Source: Geosiphon pyriformis uo1 | Lineage: Eukaryota; Fungi; Glomeromycota | Length of the DNA stretch: 64,000 bases | Direction of reading: 5' to 3' | Assembly: GCA_016748015.1 (NCBI GenBank) | Contig: JAAOMT010000176.1 | Span: forward strand, 234,434 to 298,433 | Shown: positions 23,770 to 34,700 of the stretch, piece after piece | Numbering within the stretch: the stretch's first letter is position 1 | Layout: each line of letters begins with the position of its first letter | Program-made: the position numbers and the translations under genes | The notes under the pieces: model-generated | Told to the model about the DNA's origin: nothing | The model's database searches: none | The model's input: the letters and a program-made list of their open reading frames with translations, nothing else

Positions 23770-25155
23770 ATGAATTCGGAAAACTACAACAATCTCAAAC
23801 AATATTTGGAAACATTAACAATCCCAACAAATTGGTCTCTAAATAAAAAACATTGACTACAACAACAAGCCAAACAATATTTTCTACACAACAACATTAT
23901 TTATCATCGAAATTTTAAAAACCCAGACAAATCACTCAGATTAATACAAAAACAAGAAAAAGAGACTATATTATATAACATGCACTCAGATTCTTCATCA
24001 GCACACTTTGGAAAAAACAGCACCACCCAAAGAACACTAGAATACTACTTTTGGCCTCGAATGAAAAAAGACATTCACGAATATGTCAAATCTTGTGATA
24101 GTTGTCAAAAAAGAGAAAGAACACACCCTACTGAACCATTAAATTCAATCAAAGTTGGACAACCCTTTGACTGAGTTGGTATCAATTTAGTCAGACCACT
24201 ATCTATCACCACTCAAGAAAACCATTATATTGCAGTAGCTGTAGATTATCTTACTAAATGGCCTGAAGCCAGAGCCATTCAATGAGCAGATGCAAAATCA
24301 GTGGCAAATTTCATCTATGAAGACATTATATGTAGACATGGATGTCCAATTGAACTTTTATCTGATCAGGGGACACACTTTGTGAACAACCTGATACAAA
24401 AAATTTGTGAACGATTCAATGTCAAAAGACCTCTGTCTTTGTCCTACCATCCACAAACAAACAGACTTGTGGAATGTTTTAACAGAACATTGTGTGAGTC
24501 ATTAGCCAAAGTTTCAACTGATTTTGAGCAAGAATGGGATATCTTTATTCCATCAGTATTACTAGCATACAGAATACTAAAACAAGATACCACAAAACAC
24601 ACACCATTTGATTTAACTTATGGAAGAACAGCAATATTACCAATTAGTTTCACAGTAGAAACATACCCAGCACAACCAATCAATGAAAACAATTTCCAGA
24701 AAATGCTTCAACAAAGAGCCTACACACTTCTCAGCACATTGAAAAGAAAACAACGAATAGCAGCCACCCATATTAAACACTCCCAAACTCAACAAAAAGA
24801 ATGGCATGACAACAAATTGCCTTCAGTTACCAATGATTTTAAAGTTGGAAACAAAATTCTCCTACACAGAACTAAAGCTGAAAAACAATGGAGTGGAAAA
24901 TTTGAAAATAAATGGGATGGACCATTCTTTATCTATGAAATACTAGGCAATAGATCATACAAGTTAAGACTTGATAACAAAATGCTAGCAAAAGTTGCAC
25001 ATGGAGATTATTTAAAATACTATCATTCCAGAAACAATTCTGAACCATTAATTCCACAAATTGGTACACATTCCCCTTTAGTCAATCCCAAAGATATTCC
25101 CTGAAACTTAGAACCAATAATTGTCATTGAACAACCTTTCAACTTGAACACTTAA
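23770..25155 (+). pseudogene. Gypsy-A1 integrase, separate ORF with its own ATG
   Basis: ATG at 23770 in a different frame from RNase H. HHCC finger (MHS..AHFG..CDSC), DDE core (LLSDQGTHF..VE.FNRTL), GPY/F motif (KWDGPF); ends NLEPIIVI..TAA. Confidence 0.92.
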
Positions 25156-25340
25156 TTTAATATTACTAGTTATTCCCTTATAATTTAAAAATAATTTCAC
25201 AAAAACAAAACAAAACAAAACACTAAAAGACAAAAATAACATAAAAATCCACATACCAAAAATAATCTCAATCTATTTTTTTTACTCAAATTTTTATAAT
25301 AACTATCCCTCAAAATATTCAACAAATATCTCAAAAATTA

Positions 25341-26018
25341 ATGCTAGCTTTAAAAACAATACCCAAATTATCTATTACTATTACAGGAAAACATATTAAT
25401 TATACCCAAACAGAAATAGTTGCCAATTTAGCCCCAAATTCACGAAATTATCACCTCTACAAAAAGAACACAAGAAGTTACTCTGGAATTCATCTACCAG
25501 AACTCTTGAAGCTTGCTTTAAGAGAAAATTTAATGTTCATTTCTATTAGTATTCCACCAAATGCTACTATTCAACAAAAAATTCAACTGTGTCTTAATGA
25601 AGAAAACCATGACTATACTCCAATATATAGATATTTCTACATTGGAAAAACACTTCATGAACAAAAATGGGAGCTTACAGCAGCAAACTTTACAAAAGAA
25701 ACTATTCAAAAACAACTTCACAATGAATTCAAAACAACAGCTGGACCTACAAACAGTCACTATAAACTAAGAGCTGCTCTTAAACTTTATAACCTATTCC
25801 ACACCTGTAAAAACGTCCTACAAAACCCAATTTTACAACCTTTGAAGATTCAATACATTGAAAAGCTCACAAAACTGAAATTTCAACAATTTTCAGACCA
25901 AATTTCTTTAATAATTTTGGATTATTATCTGGAAATTACAGACAGTACTTGGACTTCGATGAAGCTCAGTCTTGAGGAGGAGATTATGTTACCAGACAAA
26001 ATTAGAAATATTATTTAG
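25341..26018 (+). CDS. Gypsy-A1 ORF3, 225-aa accessory protein of unknown function (env position, not env-like)
   Basis: Intact ATG-stop ORF between integrase and 3' LTR, overlapping the PPT and LTR start; homologues at the same position in three other elements here. Confidence 0.8.
   Translation: MLALKTIPKLSITITGKHINYTQTEIVANLAPNSRNYHLYKKNTRSYSGIHLPELLKLALRENLMFISISIPPNATIQQKIQLCLNEENHDYTPIYRYFYIGKTLHEQKWELTAANFTKETIQKQLHNEFKTTAGPTNSHYKLRAALKLYNLFHTCKNVLQNPILQPLKIQYIEKLTKLKFQQFSDQISLIILDYYLEITDSTWTSMKLSLEEEIMLPDKIRNII
25974..25983 (+). other. Polypurine tract GAGGAGGAGA
   Basis: Ends 3 nt before the TG of the 3' LTR. Confidence 0.8.
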
Positions 26019-26956
26019 CATGAAATTATCTTTATAATTCCCATCATTAATTAGTATATATCATCGTTTTAAATTATCACTTATTACATTAGCAAAATGT
26101 CCAAAATTATCATTTAATTAATAACTCAATTTGTATATAACACAAATGTAACCTAATTGCAATAATTAATCATGCAATACCCCGAATTATGTAACATTCA
26201 AAAAGTTCACCGAAATTTGTAGAAATTTGCTGAAATAATTGATAGTTTACCGAAATATCTAATAGTTCACAGAAATAACTTGTAGTTTGCTGAAATGTAT
26301 CTTTAGTTCAGCGAAATTGTAGAAAATAGCAAAGTTCAAATTCATAGAATAGTGTTATGACAAGTTGTATAAAAGAAAAGCTTCTCTTTTCAAGGAAATG
26401 TATTTTACTTTAGATTTATCTCTTAGAACTGTTCCTATATACACAAAAAGAAATAAATATTAAATAATTCGAAAAACCAAATTTTTTAATTATTGCACTT
26501 GAAAAATCCCCAAAACCCAACTAACATTTCGAAATTGATTAGCTACCAATTTCAGTAAACTGTTAGTGACTTCAGGCCTGGATAGAAAATGTTTTCCTTG
26601 ATAAAATTCTATTTCTTTTACATTTCTTTTATTTTTCTTTTCTTTTCTTATTACAATCATTAGGGTAGCCTACAGACAAAATTCTTGTAAAAAAGTTGAC
26701 TTTCACAGCAAAATAACTACACATTTTTAGTGAGCTTTTAGATGAGCAATTCCTGGGAAAGAGTTGACATTTACTACAATGTAACTACATAAAGTAACTG
26801 GCTATTCTACTTATAAGCCCAGCAAGTTCAAATTATAGAAGATAATTTGAAGATAAATTCAGTTACTGGAGGTTCAACCACATTCAGAAAATGTGAATTT
26901 ACAACAAACAGGCATCAACAACATTTAGGAAAAGAGACCAAAAACCTCCAATAACA
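25987..26956 (+). repeat. 3' LTR of Gypsy-A1 (970 bp)
   Basis: Matches the 5' LTR apart from transitions and an ~11-bp deletion between short TGGC repeats (~26800). Confidence 0.96.
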
Positions 26957-27113
26957 CAATCCAAGGCTTGATACTGAACCTTAATTTAGTTTCCATAATA
27001 AAAGATACTATATTACCAGAATTTACATGCCAATACACAATGTCTACTTGTTTTGCAGAAACATTGATACTGTGAACATTACACACAGCAAACTTTTATG
27101 TCAAACCACTCAT
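26957..27113 (-). pseudogene. LINE-2 ORF2 N-terminus (APE start)
   Basis: MSGLT*KFAVCNVHS..; removing Gypsy-A1 and one CAAT restores KPWIANKFEG. Confidence 0.88.
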
Positions 27114-28971
27114 TGAAACAAAAAAAAACATCAGAAAATCCAAGCTAGCATACAACTGATTTAACTTTACCAAAACTAAATTTACAGAGACCTTAAGAGT
27201 TACAAATTTTGACTCCAAACTGCCCATCTTAACTGTTAGAACTTTTGAACTAGTAGGACCCAAAGCTAAAACATTAGAAACAGCATGAGATGGAGATGAA
27301 AAGGCTAATTCAGAACTATCCAAAACCATGTCTTGGCCCAAATCCAAACTGACAGTCATTGGAACAGCTGAAACATTAGAATAAGAAAGGAGAGCCAGGG
27401 GCACCAATTCCACACCACTTAATTTTTGCACAATACCAGAAACTTGATTTACTAAGAGCTCCAGAGAACATTCCAAAGAGGCCAATTGATCATTCAAAGC
27501 TGAATTATGAGCCAAAACAAGAAGAAGATCACCACCCAAACCAGAGATATTAATGGGGAGAACCAAAACCAAAACCAGAACCAGAACCAAGAGAAGAGCC
27601 ATCTAAGGCCAATTTGAGTAAGACTATCTGAGCCCAAGACTTGTTTCCAAAGGCAGCAGGACAGGAAATTGAAACACACTTTTTAGCATATAATTTAGCA
27701 AGTTGAAAGTGAGTATCTTCCAAGACAACTCTTTTATAAGATCTTTGGGAAAATGGAACTAACACATTTAAGGAGTCACACTTAAGAGCAGAATGTCCAA
27801 AACTACCACACCTTTCACAACAAACCAGATCTATCTTAGCTTATGAAAGTCTAACACCACCAAAAATTGGCTTCATGTGAAATATAGATTCCAAGTCTTT
27901 ATCTGAATTAAAACCAACCACAGCACAGCAAATCCAGTTGTCAGTAACAAGAGACCAATTAATAACACATGTTTTTCTATCAGCCTTTTCTAACAAAATT
28001 TCTAAATCATGAGCTGTTGTTCCTATAGGCAGAGTAAACAAAAACACCCTAAAGTGATCCCTAAACATTTAAGTATTCCAATCTCCCACAGTCATAGCCA
28101 TACACACTAAGTCCTTTCCAATAAGGAATGACTATCTTGATGCAAGATGCTCTGTCTGCTCCAATTTGGCAAATTCTACTATTGCTTTCTGCCACATCCC
28201 AATTAGCTGAATCTTGATCAACTTAATATCACCAAATTCAGATACTGTGACAACGATCATCTCTTTTAGCATATTTATGAGAATTTCTTTGATTACTATA
28301 ACCTAATTTAAATAAATTCCTTGTTTCTTGAAATTGTTGTTTATGATAATCCCCTTCTCTCTGGTCAATAATATAGCCTTAATCAGGCTCTCCTCAAAAG
28401 TAAATGTCAATTAGATAATCTCTTCAAATTTTAAGAGGGTAGTGGCCCTCCCAAAACCATTGATTGTTAAAAAAAAATTTTTGATGAGTTGGGTTTTTGC
28501 CGTCATTAATTTTTTTTTCACAGCTGAGAGATTAATGTCTAAAGCGAAAGATTTCCTAACTGAGACCTTCACCTGAGTCTTAATGATTTTGAAGTCGACC
28601 CACTTTTTATCTAGAAATATTAAGAGGCGAGAGAGAAAAGATACTTCTATATTATCATCCATATCAAAGTTAGGAGAACCAAGTGGAAAACCAAAAACAG
28701 CACTAGTATTAACACACTTTACTTTAGAAGTGTTGGCAGCCAAATTCAGAAGAGATCTAACATTGATGCCAGTTATATTAGTACCTTTTTCATTATTAGA
28801 CAGACTATCCACATTAGAAAATACATTGTCACCAAGCTCAAACTTGTTCAAAGAGATATTTTTTTTGTCACCAGAGTATTTAATATTTCCAAGCACAACT
28901 TTCTTCTTCTGCAAAAAGGAGCCATCTACAGAATCATGAAAAGCACCCTTTGGTGCCTTCTTCTTAAACAT
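27110..28971 (-). pseudogene. LINE-2 ORF1
   Basis: Fragments 28411..29001, 27841..28068, 27550..27765 and 27096..27602 are homologous to LINE-1 ORF1 (KSFALDINL, LFTLPIGTTAHDL, CCHC at ~27780-27820). Confidence 0.85.
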
Positions 28972-29129
28972 ATTGTTACTAGAAGCAGCCTCCAAGTTCA
29001 CAAAAAAAGGTTATTAGAAAGAGAAATTGTGAAATACTAACAAGGAAAAAATAAAAAAAACTTCTTCAGAAAAGTGCTTTTTGAGGATTTGTAGATGTAA
29101 AAGAGAAAGAAGTTTTTTAAATTCGATTA

Positions 29130-30780
29130 TAAAATATTTTATTAAGAAATAATTATTATAAAAAATAGCTAAATTATATTATTAGTTAATTAAATATAAT
29201 TAATATATATATAATTACAATTTATATTAAAAGAAAAAATTAACAATAAAACTATTAAGATTAAAGTTAAATAATTATTTAATTAAATAAAATTAATTTA
29301 ATAAAATTCTATTTATTATTATTAAATACAATTATTATATTATAATAATAATTATTTATTTTACAAAATAACCAAAAATTAAAGTTATTAAAAGAATTAA
29401 TATAACAAAATTTATATAAATTTATTCAAAAAAATTGTTATTATATTTAAATACTTTTTTTGTTAATAATATTTTAAAGTAAAAAAACTATTATTATTAT
29501 TATATTATTGATAATTTAATAAATTAATTAAATATTATATAAAGTATTTAAAATTAACAATAAAAATAAAAAAATTTTTATGTTATTAATTTTATTTGTT
29601 TATTAAACAATAAAACAAAATATTATTTAATTAATATTATTAATAAAATTAAAAGTTTTAATATATTTAAAAAACCAATAACAAAAATAATATTTGTAAA
29701 CATATTTCTAAAAAAACATATAAATTAATAAAACTTTAAAATAAAAAATAATAATTAATACTATTATTATAATTAAATATAATACATTAATGAATAATAA
29801 AAGAAAATAGTATTATATAACAATAAAATTAATAAAAAAGTAATTCAATTTTAATGAATAAATTAAATTAATAAAAATTTAATATGTGAAATTAATCTTA
29901 TAAATATTTCAATTGTTATTTTTTCTAAAAATAACAAAAAATCTAAAAATAGAAAAATAGTTTATACTATTAATAAAAAAAAATATATTAGCAATTTAAT
30001 TAATAATTAAATTAATAATTAAGTTAATAACTAAATTAATAATTACATTGTTAATTATATTAACAACTAATTCTAAAAATAAAATGGCTAATTAATAATA
30101 TTAGTAATTAACACATATAATTAACTATAATTAAGTAATTAAATAAAGCTAAAAAATAATAGTTTTAATCATAATACTATAAAAACAATACAAAAAAAAC
30201 ACAATAAATTATTAGATAAATTAATTAAATATAAAATTAAAAACAAAATATTTTTATATTACATTAAAACAAAAAACAATAAAACAAAAAATTTAATTTT
30301 AAATAAAATAAAATATTTTATATTTATTAAATACTTAATAATAAAGCATATAAATTACAATTAAAAAACAAAATTTTAAAAAAACAGCATAAAAATTATT
30401 TAAACTTGTATTATTTAAATTAATTAATATTAATTTAAATATTATAATCAAGTATATAAATATTATTAATCAAATTAAATAAGATTTTATAAAATTTAAA
30501 ACTAATATAATTATTAAATATATTTTTTTTAAGTTTAATAAGTAAAATTTAAACACTATTTAATATAATATATTAAATTAAATAATCTAAACTAAATATG
30601 AATTATGCTTTTATTATATATAACTAATTACTTAAACTAATTAAAATAATATTATATTTCTATGTAGACAGAAATCATATTATTAATATCAAAAAAAACA
30701 AACACAAAATTCATGTGCTAAAACTAATACTAAAAGTTTTAATTATATTAAGTAATTTAACAATATTTTATAACAGCACA
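29130..30780. other. AT desert (low complexity, probable end-stage TE remnant)
   Basis: Almost no G/C, no ORFs; similar tracts at 3640-5270, 12200-12400 and 63170-64000. Confidence 0.55.
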
Positions 30781-30785
30781 ATTAG

Positions 30786-31704
30786 TATTATAAGTCTTTT
30801 TTTTAAATGTGATTAATATTTGTTTACTGTTAATTTATGTTTTTTGAAAGCAGTTAAACCTCTAATAACTGAATTTATCTTCAAATTATTTTTTATAATT
30901 TAAACTGCTGGGGTTATAAGTAAAATAGCCAATTTTATGCTAGTTATTTTATGTAATTATTTTGTAGTAAAAGTCAACTCTTTCTCAAAAATTTTTCATC
31001 TAAAAGTTCACTAAAAATATATAGTTATTTTGTGGTAAAAGTTAACTTTTTTATTAGAATCTCATCTGTAGATTATCTTAATAATTATATTAAGAAAGAA
31101 AAAGAAATAAAAAAAATGTAAAAAAATTGAAATTTTATTAAGAAAATTATTTTCTATTCAGGCTTAAAGTCACTAATAAATTATTAAAATTAATAGCTAA
31201 TTAATTTTAAAATATTAATTGAATTTTGGAAAATATTAAGTATAATTATTTTAAAAATTGGTTTTTGAAATATATTTTTATTTTGAATTGTATTAATAAA
31301 AATAAATTTAAAGTAAGATATATTTTTTCACAAAGAAAAGCTCTTTTTTTATATAACTTATTATAGTACTAATTTATAAACTTAAACTTTTTTCTTTGCT
31401 ATAATTTTAACAAACTAAAAATATATTTCAGTAAATTACAAGTTATTTCGATAAATTATTAACTATTTTGGTGAATTATCTATTATTTTGGCAAATTTTT
31501 GAATATTACATAGTTTGAAGTATTGTGTAATTTAATCACTCTAATTTTTATTATACAAATTGGGTTATTAATTAAATAGTAATTTTTAATAATTTTAATT
31601 AACTAATAAGTAATAATTTAAATAATGATAATCTATGTTAATTAATAATAAAAATTATAAAAATAATTTTATGTTAATTATTGGCTAAAATTCTATTGGT
31701 AACA
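30786..31704 (-). repeat. 3' LTR of Gypsy-A2
   Basis: Reverse complement aligns with the A1 LTR and begins TGTTACCA at 31704; left end degenerate. Confidence 0.85.
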
Positions 31705-34700
31705 TAATTTTTTCCTTAAAATTAAGCTCTGTCAAAGTCCAAGTACTACCTGTAATATTGAGATAGTAGTCCAAAATAATTAAAGTAATTTGGTCTAAAA
31801 ATTGTTAAAATTTTAGTTCTGTGAGTTTGTCAATATATTAAATCTTTATTGGTTAAAGTATTGAATTTTGTAGGATGTTTTCACAAGTATTAAATAGGGT
31901 ATAAAGTCTAAAAACTGTTTTAAGCTTGTAACAAATATTTGTTGATCCAGCTACTGTTTTGAAATTGTTGTAAATTTGTTTTTGTATAGCTTCAGGAGTG
32001 ATATTGGTTGTTTCAAGTTCTAGTTTTCGTTCATAAAATGTTTTTCCAATATAAAAATATCTAAAAATAAGAGTATATTCATGTTTTATTTATTATGACA
32101 CAGTTAAAGCTTTTGTTGAGTTGTGGTATTTGGTAAAATATCAATAGAAGCAAATAAAAAATTTTTTTTTAAAGTTTGCTTTAAAAGTTTTGGTAATTGA
32201 ATTCCAAAATAACTTTTTGTATTTTTTTTATAAGAATGATAATTCTAAGAATTGTTTACTACTGGTGTTATAGTTTTTTTTTGAGTATAATTAATTTAAC
32301 TTTCATTAATTATTATGGATAGATTAGAAAGTGTTTTCAAAATTAATATTAATTTTTGGAATATTTGTTAAATATTTCGAAGAATAATTATAATAAAAAT
32401 AAGTAAATTAAGAGTGAAATTTGAAAAATAAGAAATATTTTTGGATAAAGTTTTTTTATATTTTTGGTTATGAATTTTTTTTGTAATTATTTACTATTTT
32501 TGTTTTCATATTTATATATTATTATTAAAAAATATATTATAATAACATTAAATTAAATGTTCAGATTTGGTTATTGTTTTATAATAATTATTGATTCTAA
32601 ATTTCAGAAAATATTTTCAGAATTAATTAAAGAGAAATGTATACTAATTTGTAAAATTAATGATTCAGAATTGTTTTTGAAATAATAATGTTTCAATCAA
32701 TTTTCATATACAACTTTTGTTAGAACTTTGTTATTAAGTCTTAATTTGTATAATTTATTATTTAAAATTTCATAAATATAAAATAGTTTATTTCATTTAT
32801 GTTTAAATTTTTTACTTTATTGTTTTTCAGTCTTAGTTCTATATAAAAAAACTTTGTTTTTAACTTTAAATTTGTTGATAACTAATAATAAATTGTTATT
32901 ATGCTATTTTTTTTGTTAAGCTTAAAAGTGTTTAATATGAATAACTGCAATTTGTTATTTTTTTTCTAAAATGCTTAAAAAGATATAAACTTTTTATTGA
33001 AATATTTCTTAAAAATATTTTTTTGTAATAGATTGTATTGAATATGTTTTTACAGTAAAATTAATTAGTAGTATTGCTGTTTTTCTATAAGTAAGATCAA
33101 ATAGTATGTGTTTCATAGTATTTTGTTTTAGTGTTTTATATGTTAATAACACTAATAAAATAAAAATATTTCAATTCTGTTTAAAATTAGTTAAGACTTT
33201 GGCTAATAATTCACATAATGTTCAGTTAAAATATTTTAATTATCTATTTATTTAGGAGTAATAGAGTAATGATAAGGATCTTTTAACATTGAATTGTTTA
33301 CAAATTTTTTGTATTAAGTTATTTACAAAGTGTGTTTCTTAATTAGATAAGAGTTCAATTGAACATTTATATCTACAAATAATGTCTTTATAAATAAAAT
33401 TTGCCACTGATTTTGCATTTTTTTTATTGAATAGCTCTGGTTTTGGGTCATTTGGTAAGATAATTTACTACAATTGCAATATAATAGTTTTTTTGAATAA
33501 TAATAAGTAGTAATCTAACTAAATTGATTTTTATATTGTTAAAAAGTTGTCTAACTTTGATTGGCTTTAAAAGTTTAATCAGATGAATTTCTTCTTTTTT
33601 TTGACAACTATTACATGATTCTATATATTGTTAAATGTTTTGGTACATGTATAACTAAAAATAATATTTAACTGTTTTTTGAATTGTATTATTTTTTCTT
33701 AAGTATACTAATAAAAAATCTGTGTACATATTGTATAAAATATTTTTTTTTATTTTGTTAGACTAATTTGAATAGATTTGTTGGGTTTTTGTAATTTCAA
33801 TAATAGATTTTGTTATAGTGAATAAAATATGGCTTTATTTGGTTTTGTAATTAGTGTTTTTCAATTGAAGACCAATTTTTTGGCATGTTAAAAGTTTTTA
33901 AATAGTTTTTGATGTTGTTGTAGTTTTTGGAATTCATTATTTTGTTACTAATTTGTTTATTGAGTTGTTAGATTGTTGATATAAATTTTAATATTGGCTT
34001 ATTTTGGAAAGATTATTAATGTTTATGTATAATTTTCTTGATTTGTGGTATACAATATATTTATAATTGGCTAGAAAATTAGTTTATTGGGATTGCTTTG
34101 TACTAAGTTCAAAGTTTTTTTTGTTGAGCTATTTGAGACCAATATTATTAATAATAATATCGAATTGAAATCCATTTCTGAAATATTGCTAAAAATGTTT
34201 GAAAGTTCAGATAATGGCTATTGCTTTTAATTCAGTTGAATCATATTTGAGTTTTGTTGGCTTGAGTGTTCTACTGACATATGTAATTACTTACTTATTG
34301 CCATTGTCATTTAATTATGATAAAATGATACCAAAAGCTATATGTGAAACATTAGTAACTAACTGGAATCTTTTGCTAAAGTTAGAATAAGCAAAAATTG
34401 GAACAGTAATAAGTTTTTCTTTGAGAGTATTGAATATTTGTTGTTGAGTTTGTGTTCACATCCTTATTGGTTAGATAATTGAGTGGTTTGGTAATTTCTG
34501 AAAATTTTTTGATGAATTTTTGGTAATAAAAGACTAATCCTATGAATTCTCTTAGTTTTGTAGTATTACAAAAAACTTAAAAGTTTTTAACAGCACTAAT
34601 TGTTTCTGGATTGAGTTGAACTCCATCTTTGCTAATAATATGTCAAAAGAAAATCAAACTTGTTTCTCTTAAGTGACATTTTTTAATGTTTAGTTTTAAT

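Larger units (their letters stand above)
17075..26956 (+). mobile_element. Gypsy-A1: complete Ty3/Gypsy LTR retrotransposon with dUTPase, separate integrase ORF and ORF3
   Basis: Paired TG...CA LTRs, TSD CAAT (17071-17074 and 26957-26960), PBS, PPT, PR-RT-RH-IN domain order. Confidence 0.97.
12402..29115 (-). mobile_element. LINE-2: full-length LINE interrupted by Gypsy-A1
   Basis: Poly-A at 12402-12410, same 3' UTR as LINE-1, homologous ORFs. Candidate TSD TTTAAATTC(A/G)ATT at 12391-12403 and 29116-29128. Confidence 0.9.

Noticed and set aside
24960-25155. Chromodomain at the integrase C-terminus
   Set aside because: No Y/F-L-V-K-W-type motif; the tail is short and unrelated.
25341-26018. 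ORF3 as an envelope gene
   Set aside because: No signal peptide, transmembrane segment or furin/fusion motif, and too short.
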